Origin: an uncultured Gammaproteobacteria bacterium
GTDB taxonomy: Bacteria; Pseudomonadota; Gammaproteobacteria; JAGOUU01
Reading direction: 5' to 3'
DNA: 64,000 nucleotides
Assembly: GCA_964609155.1 (NCBI GenBank)
Contig: CAZSRF010000001.1
Location: forward strand, 102,617-166,616
The translations under genes were made by a program, and so were the position numbers. Shown here piece by piece: positions 17,452 to 27,539 of the stretch. The notes below the pieces were generated by a model. That model saw only the letters and a program-made list of their open reading frames with translations, did no database searches and was not told the origin of the DNA. Position 1 is the first letter of the stretch; each line of letters begins with the position of its first letter.

Positions 17452-18261
17452 TTGATTATTTTGTGCGACATGAATCATCACTCTCAATCAAATATTCTTG
17501 TAGCTTGGATTGGCCTTCGTACTATTGTCAGACGCGAGATTATTCGCATCTGTAGAATATGGGCACAAACTTTATTGCCGCCAGCTATCACTACTGCTTT
17601 ATACTTTATCATTTTTGGAACGCTGATTGGCAGCCAAGTTCAACCTATAAAAGACTTTAGTTATGTGCAGTACATTACTCCTGGCTTAATTATGATGACG
17701 GTGATTTCCAATTCTTACGGCAATGTTGTTACTTCCTTTTTTGGCGCTAAGTTCCAAAAACATATCGAAGAATTACTCATGTCACCTATGACAAACTTTT
17801 ATATTTTAACTGGATTTTTACTTGGCGGGGTTATTCGTGGTGTTATGGTAGGAGCTATTGTTACATTAATTTCATTATTCTTTAGCAAAATTAGTATTGC
17901 CCATTTCTTCCTAATGTTGTACGTACTTATTATGACTTCTTTATTATTTTCATTAGCTGGGTTCCTAAATGGTTTATATGCAAAAAACTTTGACGACGTG
18001 ACTATTATACCAGCATTTCTATTAACCCCTCTTACTTACTTAGGTGGCGTATTTTTTTCTATTAATATGCTTCCTACTTTTTGGCAAAAATTCGCTATGC
18101 TCAATCCTATTTTTTATAATTTAAATGCCTTTAGGTATAGCTTCTTGGGTATTGAAGAATCCAATATTATTTATTCTCTTGGCATGCTAAGTTTTGTTAC
18201 TTTAACCCTGTATATCTATAGTTGGCACTTACTGAATAAAGGGGTAGGTATTAGGACTTGA
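17452..18261 (+). CDS. yadH: ABC-2 type transporter permease, YadH-like. The likely start is the ATG at ~17470.
   Basis: The resemblance to remembered E. coli YadH runs the full length (…RIWAQTLLPPAITTALYFIIFGTLIGS…FGAKFQKHIEELLMSP…LTPLTYLGGVFFS…LNPIFY…FRYSFLG). Confidence 0.8.
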   Translation: MIILCDMNHHSQSNILVAWIGLRTIVRREIIRICRIWAQTLLPPAITTALYFIIFGTLIGSQVQPIKDFSYVQYITPGLIMMTVISNSYGNVVTSFFGAKFQKHIEELLMSPMTNFYILTGFLLGGVIRGVMVGAIVTLISLFFSKISIAHFFLMLYVLIMTSLLFSLAGFLNGLYAKNFDDVTIIPAFLLTPLTYLGGVFFSINMLPTFWQKFAMLNPIFYNLNAFRYSFLGIEESNIIYSLGMLSFVTLTLYIYSWHLLNKGVGIRT

Positions 18262-18907
18262 ATATATCTTTTAAAAAATTAGCTATATCAGACACTTCTT
18301 CTGCGCAAACACTGTGCCCCATTCTATATCTATGCAGCTTGCACCTATAACCTAAATCTGCAAGCAATTGATGTGAACGTTGCCCATAAGAATAATCTAC
18401 TATTGAATCATCGTATCCATGTGCTAAAAAAATATTCAGATTTTTATTAACAGGATGATAGTCATGATCAACCCTGGGTAAATAACATGACAATCCCACT
18501 ACACCCGCTAACTGATGTTCGAATTTAAGTGCCGTATATAAGGCTATTACACCACCTTGAGAGAACCCTGCCAGCACAATATTTTCGTAGGGTACGCCCT
18601 TATTGTATTCTTCTTGTATCAGGTTATTGATCACTTGTTGGCTTGCCGCAATACCCTTGCTATCTTCTTGACTATTTCTATCAAAACTATAGATATCATA
18701 CCATGCGGTCATAATATAATGATTATTAATAGTAACTGGACGTTTTGGCGCTGTAGGAAAAATAAAACGAACTTGATAGTCTTCCTGTATTTGCAATTCA
18801 GGAACTACTGGAACAAAGTCATAGGCATCTGCTCCAAGTCCGTGCAACCAAATAATGCTACGTGTAGCTATAACATTCTTAGGCTCTAGAATAAGTGTTT
18901 CTAGCAT
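18251..18907 (-). CDS. Phospholipase/carboxylesterase-family alpha/beta hydrolase (acyl-protein-thioesterase-like)
   Basis: The motifs are IIWLHGLGADAYDF, the nucleophile elbow GFSQGG, and a C-terminal HG…D…GH catalytic pattern. Confidence 0.75.
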   Translation of the reverse strand: MLETLILEPKNVIATRSIIWLHGLGADAYDFVPVVPELQIQEDYQVRFIFPTAPKRPVTINNHYIMTAWYDIYSFDRNSQEDSKGIAASQQVINNLIQEEYNKGVPYENIVLAGFSQGGVIALYTALKFEHQLAGVVGLSCYLPRVDHDYHPVNKNLNIFLAHGYDDSIVDYSYGQRSHQLLADLGYRCKLHRYRMGHSVCAEEVSDIANFLKDIFKS

Positions 18908-18981
18908 CAGTAATCAACTTGTTTTAACAAATTATCCTAGTATACTGAAACCTTCAGGATTAACAATGAGAAATCAGATAA

Positions 18982-19137
18982 ATGAAAATTAAATTTTTTT
19001 ATATGATCTTATCTACAAGCTTAGTTCTAACTTTTGGTATAACCCTTACTAGCTGTGGCCAGCGAGGACCGCTTTATTTACCCAAAGACTCAACTAAAAA
19101 TTTAGTAAGTAAAGATAATCAAATTAGAGATATTTAG
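18982..19137 (+). CDS. lptM: Small lipoprotein LptM (YifL-like), 51 aa, not in the ORF track
   Basis: My translation is MKIKFFYMILSTSLVLTFGITLTSCGQRGPLYLPKD..., with a lipobox followed by the characteristic CGQ(K/R)GPLYLP motif. It lies immediately upstream of lysA-dapF, the conserved neighbourhood. Confidence 0.7.
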   Translation: MKIKFFYMILSTSLVLTFGITLTSCGQRGPLYLPKDSTKNLVSKDNQIRDI

Positions 19138-19139
19138 TA

Positions 19140-20402
19140 ATGTCTAATAAGTTACTTCATGAGATTGCTGCGAAATACTCGACTCCATGTTATATTTATA
19201 ACAAGCAACAAATCATTCATAATTTTAATCTTTATAAAACTAGCTTTAAATCTCACTGCTATAAAAATATTAATTATTTAATCTGTTATGCTGTTAAAGC
19301 CAATAGCAACCTTGCTATCTTACGTCTTTTAGCTAACGAAGGTGCAGGTTTTGATATAGTTTCTGTTGGTGAGTTACATCGTGTTCTTAAAGCTGGTGGA
19401 GAAAGTAACAAAGTAGTATTTTCAGGTGTTGGTAAACAAGATTTTGAAATTAAAGCCGCACTTGAAGCTAACATTTTGTGTTTCAATGTCGAATCTGAGC
19501 CAGAGCTTATATTAATAGCTCAAATCGCCAAGCAACTAAATAAAATTGCTGCTATATCAATACGAGTAAACCCTAATATAGATGCTAAATCACACCCATA
19601 TATCTCAACCGGGTTAAGAGAACACAAATTTGGCATTGCCATAGAACAGGCTGAGAAAATTTATCAATTAGCCAACGAGCTTAAAAGTATTTCTATTACT
19701 GGCGTTGATTGCCATATAGGCTCTCAATTAACAGAAATCGAACCGTTAAAGCAAGCCTGCTTGGCTATCAGCAAATTTATTAAGCTGTTAAATAACAATA
19801 ATATTGCTATCAAACATATCAATATGGGTGGCGGCTTAGGCATTGCCTATAATTCTTGTCAAAAGCTACCAAGCCATAAACAATGGGTTGATACCATAAT
19901 AAATAATTTAGATCTGCATGCTTTACCCTATACTCCTACGGTTATAATAGAACCAGGTAGGTCAATTATAGGCAATGCTGGTATGTTATTATCAAAAGTT
20001 ATCTACACCAAAACTGATGATTACAATAAACATAACTTTATCATTATTGATGCAGCCATGAATGACTTGATGCGCCCAGCCCTGTATTCAGCAGAGCATG
20101 ACATCATAAATTTAAACAATATCGAGGACGATAATAGCATTCATAATAACAATGCTACTACAAGTATTGTAGGGCCTGTTTGTGAGTCTAGTGATATTTT
20201 TTTAAAAAACACTACTCTATCTGCCAACAATGGTGATTTTTTAGCCATCAAAGATGCTGGTGCTTATGGCTTTAGCATGAGCTCTAATTACAATTCCAGA
20301 CCAAGAGCAGCGGAAATATTAATCGATAATAACCAGTATTATTTAATCCGCAAACGAGAAACTATAGAAGACTTATACACAAATGAAACTATTCTTTACT
20401 AA
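19140..20402 (+). CDS. lysA: Diaminopimelate decarboxylase
   Basis: A type III PLP decarboxylase pattern is present (YAVKAN, …HIGSQ…, GGGLGI, EPGRS, CESSD). It is adjacent to dapF. Confidence 0.9.
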   Translation: MSNKLLHEIAAKYSTPCYIYNKQQIIHNFNLYKTSFKSHCYKNINYLICYAVKANSNLAILRLLANEGAGFDIVSVGELHRVLKAGGESNKVVFSGVGKQDFEIKAALEANILCFNVESEPELILIAQIAKQLNKIAAISIRVNPNIDAKSHPYISTGLREHKFGIAIEQAEKIYQLANELKSISITGVDCHIGSQLTEIEPLKQACLAISKFIKLLNNNNIAIKHINMGGGLGIAYNSCQKLPSHKQWVDTIINNLDLHALPYTPTVIIEPGRSIIGNAGMLLSKVIYTKTDDYNKHNFIIIDAAMNDLMRPALYSAEHDIINLNNIEDDNSIHNNNATTSIVGPVCESSDIFLKNTTLSANNGDFLAIKDAGAYGFSMSSNYNSRPRAAEILIDNNQYYLIRKRETIEDLYTNETILY

Positions 20403-21288
20403 AATGCAAGGTGCTGGTAATGATTTTGTTGTTATTGATCAAATAAGCCAGGATATTATTTTCAAAACCGAATGGGTACAGTTGATTTCTTGCCGTAAAC
20501 TTGGTGTCGGCTGTGATCAACTGTTGTTATTAGAACCACCGCGCAATCCTAATACCGATTTTTATTATCGAATTTTTAATGCTGATGGCACAGAAGTAGA
20601 ACAATGTGGCAATGGTGCAAGGTGTATTGGGCAATTTATCAGCTATAAACATTTGTCCCCTAAAGCTAGCTGGGAAATTGAAACAACAAACTCTAAAATG
20701 ACTGTAGCTTTGGCTCCGAACAATCAAGGTATTCGAGTTAACCTTGGAGCCCCTAGCTTTGATGCTAGTAGCCTGCCTTTTACCTTTACTGAACTTAATA
20801 TTGTTAATAACAATATTTTTAAACTACAGATCCCTCAATTACAAGATTTAGAGTATCTAAAAGAGCAAACTTTAATTTTCGCTATCGTCTCTGTTGGAAA
20901 CCCTCATGTCGTGATAAACATGGACATTATAGATATAGCAATTAGCAATACAAATTTCATCAATCACTATATTAATAAAATTGGTACCGTTTTAAATAAT
21001 CACCCCCAATTTCCAAAGGGCGTTAATGTTAATTTTATTAGAGTAATTAATAATCATACCATTGCATTAACTACTTTTGAGCGAGGGGTAGGAATTACGT
21101 TAGCCTGTGGCACAGGATCTTGTGCTGCTGCTATTTGCGCACGACAACAGCATTTGGTTACAGAGAATTTTATTCACGTAGAAAATGCGGGTGGGACTTT
21201 AGGTGTTTCTTGGGCTAACCACGCTGATGCCCCTATATGGCTTACTGGTGCATCTAATGTTGTCTATGAGGGATATATAGAATTATAA
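20383..21288 (+). CDS. dapF: Diaminopimelate epimerase
   Basis: The N-terminus is FTKMQGAGNDFVVID. Both catalytic Cys contexts are present (EQCGNGARC and ACGTGSCA), as is GNPH. It overlaps lysA by 20 nt. Confidence 0.9.
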   Translation: MKLFFTKMQGAGNDFVVIDQISQDIIFKTEWVQLISCRKLGVGCDQLLLLEPPRNPNTDFYYRIFNADGTEVEQCGNGARCIGQFISYKHLSPKASWEIETTNSKMTVALAPNNQGIRVNLGAPSFDASSLPFTFTELNIVNNNIFKLQIPQLQDLEYLKEQTLIFAIVSVGNPHVVINMDIIDIAISNTNFINHYINKIGTVLNNHPQFPKGVNVNFIRVINNHTIALTTFERGVGITLACGTGSCAAAICARQQHLVTENFIHVENAGGTLGVSWANHADAPIWLTGASNVVYEGYIEL

Positions 21289-21310
21289 TACAATACATAG
21301 GGCAAAAAAC

Positions 21311-21628
21311 ATGGCATGGGTTTATTTATTTTTAGCTGGTATTTTCGAAGTTTGTTGGGCAACAGGGCTTAAGTATTGCGATGGTTTTAAAATCAATCTA
21401 ACCATGATCTTTGTGGCTCTTACTATGGTACTAAGTGTAGTCTTTTTGGGTCTGGCAGCCAGAACTCTTCCTATTGGCATTGCTTATGCTGCCTGGACTG
21501 GCCTTGGAATTGCTGGAGTTTTTATTTACAGTGCATTAGTTTTCAAAGATCCTATCTCTAGTTTAAACATGATCTTTGTTACAATGATCTTATTTGGTGT
21601 AATAGGGCTAAAATTAAGCTCTAAATAA
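21311..21628 (+). CDS. sugE: SMR-family efflux protein (SugE/Gdx-like)
   Basis: The 105-aa product has four TM segments and starts MAWVYLFLAGIFEVCWATGLKY, including the conserved membrane Glu. Confidence 0.85.
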   Translation: MAWVYLFLAGIFEVCWATGLKYCDGFKINLTMIFVALTMVLSVVFLGLAARTLPIGIAYAAWTGLGIAGVFIYSALVFKDPISSLNMIFVTMILFGVIGLKLSSK

Positions 21629-21644
21629 CCTATTATATTTACTT

Positions 21645-23504
21645 TTAAAAAATACTGCCTTCAATAGGGACACAATTTATCTTAATTGTTGCACCGCTTA
21701 GATCAAGCAAACTCATACTCGTATTATCAGGGCAAGCAGGCCTATTACCATCTTTTTCCAAAGGAGCTGATACCTGAAAAGCCGTTTGGACAGAATTGGT
21801 ATCATTTAATTGCTGAAATCTCCTAATATCTTTCTTGTATTGTGAACATGCCATTGCCCATGTGGCATCTGGTTTAGTACATTTATCTTTTGCTGTATTA
21901 TAAGAAATATGGTTATCCATAGGTGGAGTACTCGCTGCAGAGCTAGTATCCATGAGTTGAAGAAACAAACTTTTTAAACTACCAGGATCAGAAGAGGTAA
22001 TATATAAATTATAGTCTGTTTGAGATGTCATACATTTCCAATTAGATTCCACCTTACATTGACTATCACAGCCTTTGCCCTTTCCGTTATTGCTTCCTAG
22101 ATCACAATCTTCATTAGGATCAATATCACTATTACCACATAAAGTTTTACATATTGTATCTCCGGAAGCAGACGCTGTGCCTGGTGGGCATGCTTGGCAT
22201 ATTTTATTAGCTCCCATTATTTGATTAGCAGGACAAAACTCACACTTTCCTAAAGCAATGTTACAATTGGCATTTGCAGAACATTGAAATAAAACAGGTT
22301 GCTGCTTTAAAATATTATAGGCACTCACTAAGTTTCCCTCTAATGCAGGATCACCGCAATTTAATGTGGTTGTATATTGCTTTGCTGCACTAGGATTACC
22401 TTGTTCAAAAATAAATGCTGCAATTTGTGGATCAACAGCAATATAAGGGTTTGCTAAAATATACGAAGTATAGGATTTTGCCGCATCACACAAAACGACG
22501 TCTGCCGAGTTCCTATTTAAACCACTTTTAACAGCTAAATTCCCTGGGACCGTACATCTTCCACATGCACCCGTGCTAGCGCAAGATTTATTGTTAAGAC
22601 ATTGACTATCGTCAGTACACTTTTGACATGAACCACCTGTACAAACTGGTAATGTGGACTGGTTCACATCACATTCTGCACTGCTTTTACAGGGCACACA
22701 TTGGTATGTTCCTCCTGGAATATCGCAAATAGGTTTAGGATTGGCGCAATCATTATTAGAAGAGCATGGGCAGTAACTCAAAGGCTTTTCATTAATTTGG
22801 ATACTCACTCCCGTAAATATATCCACTGCACTGCCAAAAGTTGTCATTCTTAATGTAAACAAGATAGAATCATTAGAACATAAAGGCACATCTGAACTAA
22901 AAGTAAAAGTTTTGTGCCCAGCATTCAATATATCACTTGCAATAATTGATTTAGTTTTTTCACTTCTAATGTCAACAATTATGTTTCTTACCAAGTCTTT
23001 ATCTATTGACTTAAATACTGCTGTTACAGAATAAACTCCATTGGATGGCGCTGTAAATCTAACACCAACCCCCTCTCCACTCACATAGTTAGGGTGTATA
23101 GCCACTGAAGCAGGAGACATACACCAGCTAGGCGTAATATCACATGGTGTTGACTGATGAATATCTCTTTCACTAACTGCAGAAGTTGAGCTCACAGGAA
23201 ATATATTAGGATTGTAATATAATCCTGTCCAATCGGTATAATCCCCTGCTATTGGCCCCCAGAACGACAACATAGCTTTCTGCCACCGATTTGTTCTTAC
23301 ATTCAGAAGTTTATATTGACCCTGAGCTTCATAAACATACTGCCACTGTCCATTTGGATTTGAATCCATACTTTTAGCATAGTCACTAGCAAGATCCCAG
23401 GTAGTAGTAGCACCATAGCAAGATAAAGATACAGTTAAAATATAAAATATCCATAATAGAGCAACTAGATAACCTTGTTTATTTCTTCCCATTTTATATT
23501 CCAT
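21645..23504 (-). CDS. Secreted Cys-rich protein: an N-terminal beta-rich domain plus furin-like and Myxococcus-type cysteine-rich repeats
   Basis: It has a signal peptide. The dense Cys spacing includes CPCSSNNDCANPKPICD...CVPCKSSAEC...CQKCTDDSQC...CPANQIMGANKICQACPPGT. The segment CGNSDIDPNEDCDLGSNNGKGKGCDSQCKVESNWKC fits the CGNG..ECD.GN...GDGC...C..E..W.C repeat. Confidence 0.7.
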   Translation of the reverse strand: MEYKMGRNKQGYLVALLWIFYILTVSLSCYGATTTWDLASDYAKSMDSNPNGQWQYVYEAQGQYKLLNVRTNRWQKAMLSFWGPIAGDYTDWTGLYYNPNIFPVSSTSAVSERDIHQSTPCDITPSWCMSPASVAIHPNYVSGEGVGVRFTAPSNGVYSVTAVFKSIDKDLVRNIIVDIRSEKTKSIIASDILNAGHKTFTFSSDVPLCSNDSILFTLRMTTFGSAVDIFTGVSIQINEKPLSYCPCSSNNDCANPKPICDIPGGTYQCVPCKSSAECDVNQSTLPVCTGGSCQKCTDDSQCLNNKSCASTGACGRCTVPGNLAVKSGLNRNSADVVLCDAAKSYTSYILANPYIAVDPQIAAFIFEQGNPSAAKQYTTTLNCGDPALEGNLVSAYNILKQQPVLFQCSANANCNIALGKCEFCPANQIMGANKICQACPPGTASASGDTICKTLCGNSDIDPNEDCDLGSNNGKGKGCDSQCKVESNWKCMTSQTDYNLYITSSDPGSLKSLFLQLMDTSSAASTPPMDNHISYNTAKDKCTKPDATWAMACSQYKKDIRRFQQLNDTNSVQTAFQVSAPLEKDGNRPACPDNTSMSLLDLSGATIKINCVPIEGSIF

Positions 23505-23531
23505 TTTCTCTGTATCACCAATTTATCGAAA

Positions 23532-23662
23532 ATACCCTCAAGATTTACGCAAAATGATTACAAATTGTCTCTCTGTTAAGCACGAAGTGCGCAGAACCGA
23601 GATCTTTTTTGCAAGATACCGGCTCTTTGGCCAGTATGACAGACTTTTTGCATAATTCCTGA
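23532..23662. repeat. Copy A of a ~130-bp GC-richer intergenic repeat (MITE/REP-like)
   Basis: The reverse complement of this segment aligns by eye along its whole length with 24738-24868, for example gtcatactggccaaagagccggtatcttgc versus gtcatactggcccaagagccggtatcttac. Confidence 0.8.
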
Positions 23663-23769
23663 CCATATTATAATTTTAATATATTAACTTTATATATCAA
23701 TTTTACTGTGCTTATTAGCGTTAATATTGTAAAATAGCAAAAATATAAAACATCTATGCTTTAATACAT

Positions 23770-24657
23770 ATGGCAACGTCCAAAATTTTGAATTTTGGTT
23801 CACTTAATATTGATCACGTTTATCACGTTGATACCTTTGTGACGCCAGGTGAAACCAAATTGTCCAAGAGTCTGACTAAATATGCTGGCGGTAAAGGGAA
23901 TAATCAATCTATTGCTCTTGCTAAAGCTGGCGCAAAAGTTTTTCATGCTGGCGCTATAGGCTTAGATGGGCAATTTTTATTAGATAATCTTAACGCAGAA
24001 CACGTTAACACTGATTATATCTATATAGATTCCAATATTCCAACTGGTCATGCCATTATCCAAGTAAATGAGCAAGGCGAGAATTGTATTTTGTTGCATG
24101 GCGGTGCTAACCAGGCAATTTCTATAGAATATATTACTCAAGTACTAAGCAATTTTGGTAAAAATGATATCTTATTACTCCAGAATGAAGTGTCTAACCT
24201 AGATAAAATCATAGAGATAGCTGGTGAAAAAGAAATGATTATTTATTTCAATCCAGCACCCATGTGTAACAAGTTACGACAATACCCCCTACAATATATA
24301 AACACCTTTATTGTTAACCAAACTGAAGCAAAAGCTCTTACAAATGGCCATTCTACTAAAGAAGTATTGTCTAGAATGTCATCACTCTTTCCAAATAGTA
24401 AGGTTATTCTAACCTTGGGTGATCAGGGAGTTATTTATCAAGATGCCCAACAACAGTTAATCCAACCTGCTTACCCGGCTAACGCTATTGATACAACAGC
24501 TGCTGGTGACACTTTTTTAGGCTATTTCCTAGCTTGTCTCCAAAAAAACTTCAGTATAAAACAAGCTCTAGATATATCTTGTCGCGCAGCCGCTATTACA
24601 GTCGCTCGTAAAGGAGCAACATCAAGTATTCCATATCTATCAGAGCTTAATATATAA
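23770..24657 (+). CDS. rbsK: Ribokinase (PfkB family)
   Basis: The motifs are GSLNIDHV, GGKGNNQSIA and the C-terminal DTTAAGDTF nucleotide-binding motif. Confidence 0.8.
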   Translation: MATSKILNFGSLNIDHVYHVDTFVTPGETKLSKSLTKYAGGKGNNQSIALAKAGAKVFHAGAIGLDGQFLLDNLNAEHVNTDYIYIDSNIPTGHAIIQVNEQGENCILLHGGANQAISIEYITQVLSNFGKNDILLLQNEVSNLDKIIEIAGEKEMIIYFNPAPMCNKLRQYPLQYINTFIVNQTEAKALTNGHSTKEVLSRMSSLFPNSKVILTLGDQGVIYQDAQQQLIQPAYPANAIDTTAAGDTFLGYFLACLQKNFSIKQALDISCRAAAITVARKGATSSIPYLSELNI

Positions 24658-24737
24658 TCTTAATATATAGATGATAGCTGTTAGAAAATTTTTCTGATAT
24701 AGTCACCTATTAGATAATATTTGATAATAAATATAGT

Positions 24738-24868
24738 CGGGACTTGCGCAAAAAGCTTGTCATACTGGCCCAAGAGCCGGTATCTTACAGAAGAGATCTT
24801 GGTTCTGCATACTTCGCGCTTAACCGAGATGACAACTTACAATTATTCTGCGTAAGTCCTGATAGTAA
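24738..24868. repeat. Copy B of the ~130-bp repeat, inverted relative to copy A
   Basis: See copy A. The trxA-proximal end contains the hairpin ACTTAC-N11-GTAAGT. Confidence 0.8.
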
Positions 24869-24909
24869 CTTAAACAGATATAATATACTGAAATATCCAG
24901 AGGAATCTT

Positions 24910-25224
24910 ATGTTAAACGTCTCCGATGATACTTTTGAACAAAAAGTAATCCAATCCGACAAGCCTGTTCTTGTAGACTTCTGGGCCGAATGGTGCGGGC
25001 CTTGTAAAGCTCTTACACCAGTTATTGAAGCTGTCGCAGCTCAACATAGTAATAGGCTAACTTTTGCTAAAATGAATGTCGATGACAATCAGGACACTCC
25101 AGCCAAATACGGCATCCGTGGAATACCTACTTTACTTATTTTTAACAATGGTGAACTAATTGCAACTAGGGTAGGAAGTGCGACTAAAGCTCAATTAGAA
25201 GCATTTATTGATAGCCACATCTAA
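24910..25224 (+). CDS. trxA: Thioredoxin
   Basis: The 104-aa product carries the WCGPCK active site and a GIRGIPTL motif. Confidence 0.9.
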   Translation: MLNVSDDTFEQKVIQSDKPVLVDFWAEWCGPCKALTPVIEAVAAQHSNRLTFAKMNVDDNQDTPAKYGIRGIPTLLIFNNGELIATRVGSATKAQLEAFIDSHI

Positions 25225-25522
25225 GGTAACTATTAATCGACTGAAATGAATTAGAATCCTTGATTCATTTATTGAAGTAGGCTATGATTTCACTATATTG
25301 GAATTAGCAAGTAGCGGAACGGCCTACTTAAGAATAGTATCTATCGTATTCTAACTCTTAAATTAAATAACGATCCAACTTAATCAAATAACTCATATAC
25401 TGACTCACAATATCGAATATCTTCAGAACAGTTACAAGTTATCTATTAAGATTATTTTTGGTTTCAACTAGCTTAAAACAAAATACAAACATTAACTTCA
25501 ACCCAAAACCACTCTCAATACT

Positions 25523-26779
25523 ATGAATTTAACTGATTTAAAAAAGAAAAAACCCACTGAAATATTAGATATCGCTTTACAATATGGCCTAGAGAATGTC
25601 GCCAGAGCCAAAACACAGGATGTAATCTTCTCTATATTAAAAGCTCATGCCAAAAAAGGTGAAAATATTTCCGGTGATGGCGTATTAGAAATTTTACCGG
25701 ATGGCTTTGGTTTTTTAAGATCAGCGGATGGTTCTTATCTTGCTGGCCCTGATGATATCTACGTATCTCCCAGTCAGATCAGGAGATTCAGTCTTAGAAC
25801 AGGTGATACTATTTCTGGACTAATCCGTCCTCCTAAAGACAGCGAAAGATATTTTGCCCTTTTAAAAGTTGATCAAATCAACTATGAACCACCTGAAAAC
25901 TGCCGCAATAAAATCAATTTTGAGAACCTTACACCACTATTCCCCAATGAGCGTATCCGGATGGAACGTGGTGATGGTAGTACTGAAGATATCACAACTC
26001 GTATTATTGATATATCAGCCCCTATTGGTAAAGGCCAACGTGGTCTTATTGTTTCACCACCTAAGGCTGGTAAAACAATGATGCTGCAGAATATTGCACA
26101 ATCTATTTCTAAAAATCATCCTGAATGCAAACTAATTGTTTTACTTATCGATGAGCGACCAGAGGAAGTAACAGAAATGGAAAGATCTGTACGTGGCGAA
26201 GTCATTGCTAGTACCTTTGATGAACCTGCAACACGCCATGTACAAGTCGCAGAAATGGTTATTGAAAAAGCAAAACGTTTGGTTGAGCATAAACATGATG
26301 TAGTCATTTTATTAGACTCAATAACAAGATTAGCTCGCGCTTATAACACGGTTGTACCATCATCAGGTAAAGTTTTGACTGGTGGTGTTGATGCCAACGC
26401 GCTACAACGTCCTAAAAGATTCTTTGGTGCAGCAAGAAACATTGAAGACGGTGGTAGCTTAACTATTATTGCCACATGCTTAGTAGAAACCGGTTCCAAA
26501 ATGGACGAAGTTATTTTTGAAGAATTCAAAGGTACTGGCAACATGGAATTACATTTAGATCGTCGTATTGCTGAGAAACGTATTTTCCCTGCGATTAATA
26601 TTACTAAATCAGGTACTCGCCGAGAAGAACTATTAGCGCCTGCTGATGAATTACAAAAAATGTGGATTCTACGTAAAATATTAAACTCTATGGATGAGCT
26701 AGCCGGAACTGAATTTTTAATAGATCGTTTAAAGCCAACCAAAACTAATGAAGCTTTTTTTGAAGCCATGAAGAAGTAA
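25523..26779 (+). CDS. rho: Transcription termination factor Rho
   Basis: It has the N-terminal RNA-binding domain ([11 protein letters not shown]), Walker A (PPKAGKT), the [10 protein letters not shown] block, and a long 5' leader typical of rho. Confidence 0.95.
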   Translation: MNLTDLKKKKPTEILDIALQYGLENVARAKTQDVIFSILKAHAKKGENISGDGVLEILPDGFGFLRSADGSYLAGPDDIYVSPSQIRRFSLRTGDTISGLIRPPKDSERYFALLKVDQINYEPPENCRNKINFENLTPLFPNERIRMERGDGSTEDITTRIIDISAPIGKGQRGLIVSPPKAGKTMMLQNIAQSISKNHPECKLIVLLIDERPEEVTEMERSVRGEVIASTFDEPATRHVQVAEMVIEKAKRLVEHKHDVVILLDSITRLARAYNTVVPSSGKVLTGGVDANALQRPKRFFGAARNIEDGGSLTIIATCLVETGSKMDEVIFEEFKGTGNMELHLDRRIAEKRIFPAINITKSGTRREELLAPADELQKMWILRKILNSMDELAGTEFLIDRLKPTKTNEAFFEAMKK

Positions 26780-27001
26780 TGTAAACATTCAAATTAATTC
26801 AGAACGTTGTCATCGCTGTAATGGTTATATAACTCCGTTGATATGTATATTTTATCAACCAATTACCTAACCATTACACATACCAAGCTTAGTCATTTTA
26901 TTTATAATTTGATACCCCTGCCTCATTATGGTTGTCAGTGAAGTTTATTTATAGAACAAACGCCGTCAAATAATTCAAGGTTATTCTACAACTATAGTAT
27001 T

Positions 27002-27523
27002 TTAGTTATTAATTAATTTTTCACCCTCAAATCCAAATTTCTTCATATTCTCAACTCTATGAGGGAATAAGATCCCATCAATATGATCCATCTCATGCTG
27101 CACTACCCTAGCATGAAAACCATCAACAGTTCGCTCAATGTTGTGCTTATTGGTAAAATCATAACCACTATATTTAATTTTAGTATATCTAGGCACAAGA
27201 CCTCGTAATCCAGGAACACTGAGACAGCCTTCCCAGCCGCTTTCTTTCTCATCAGATAGTATTTCAATAACGGGATTAATCAGAACAGTAAGCGGCACAA
27301 GAGGTGCATCAGGGTATCTGGGGTTATTTTTAAATCCAAAAATAATTATTCTCTTGCCTATTCCGATTTGCGGTGCTGCAAGCCCTGCCCCATTTGCATT
27401 TTTCATAGTATGTAGCATGTCGTTTATAATCTGATCTAGATCTTCTGAATCTAAATTTTCAACTTCCTTTGCACGTTCATACAATAAAGGATTTCCCATG
27501 CGTAGAATATTTTGTACAGGCAT
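27002..27523 (-). CDS. def: Peptide deformylase
   Basis: The three motifs are GLAAPQIG, EGCLSVPG and HEMDHIDG. Confidence 0.9.
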   Translation of the reverse strand: MPVQNILRMGNPLLYERAKEVENLDSEDLDQIINDMLHTMKNANGAGLAAPQIGIGKRIIIFGFKNNPRYPDAPLVPLTVLINPVIEILSDEKESGWEGCLSVPGLRGLVPRYTKIKYSGYDFTNKHNIERTVDGFHARVVQHEMDHIDGILFPHRVENMKKFGFEGEKLINN

Positions 27524-27539
27524 TTATTTTCCTTAAATA

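Noticed and set aside
24713-24732. Fur-box-like gataatatttgataataaat
   Set aside because: It contains GATAAT hexamers but is not the 19-bp palindrome. It lies between the rbsK stop and a repeat element, not in front of an iron-related gene. Such a sequence is expected by chance in AT-rich DNA.
24744-24929. A 61-aa ORF upstream of trxA
   Set aside because: It lies almost entirely inside copy B of the ~130-bp repeat and runs into the trxA start. The equivalent frame is not open in copy A, so it is treated as spurious.
25243-25270. Hairpin after trxA (gaaatgaat-N11-attcattt) as an intrinsic terminator
   Set aside because: The stem is AT-only, the loop is 11 nt, and no real T-tract follows. It is too weak to call.
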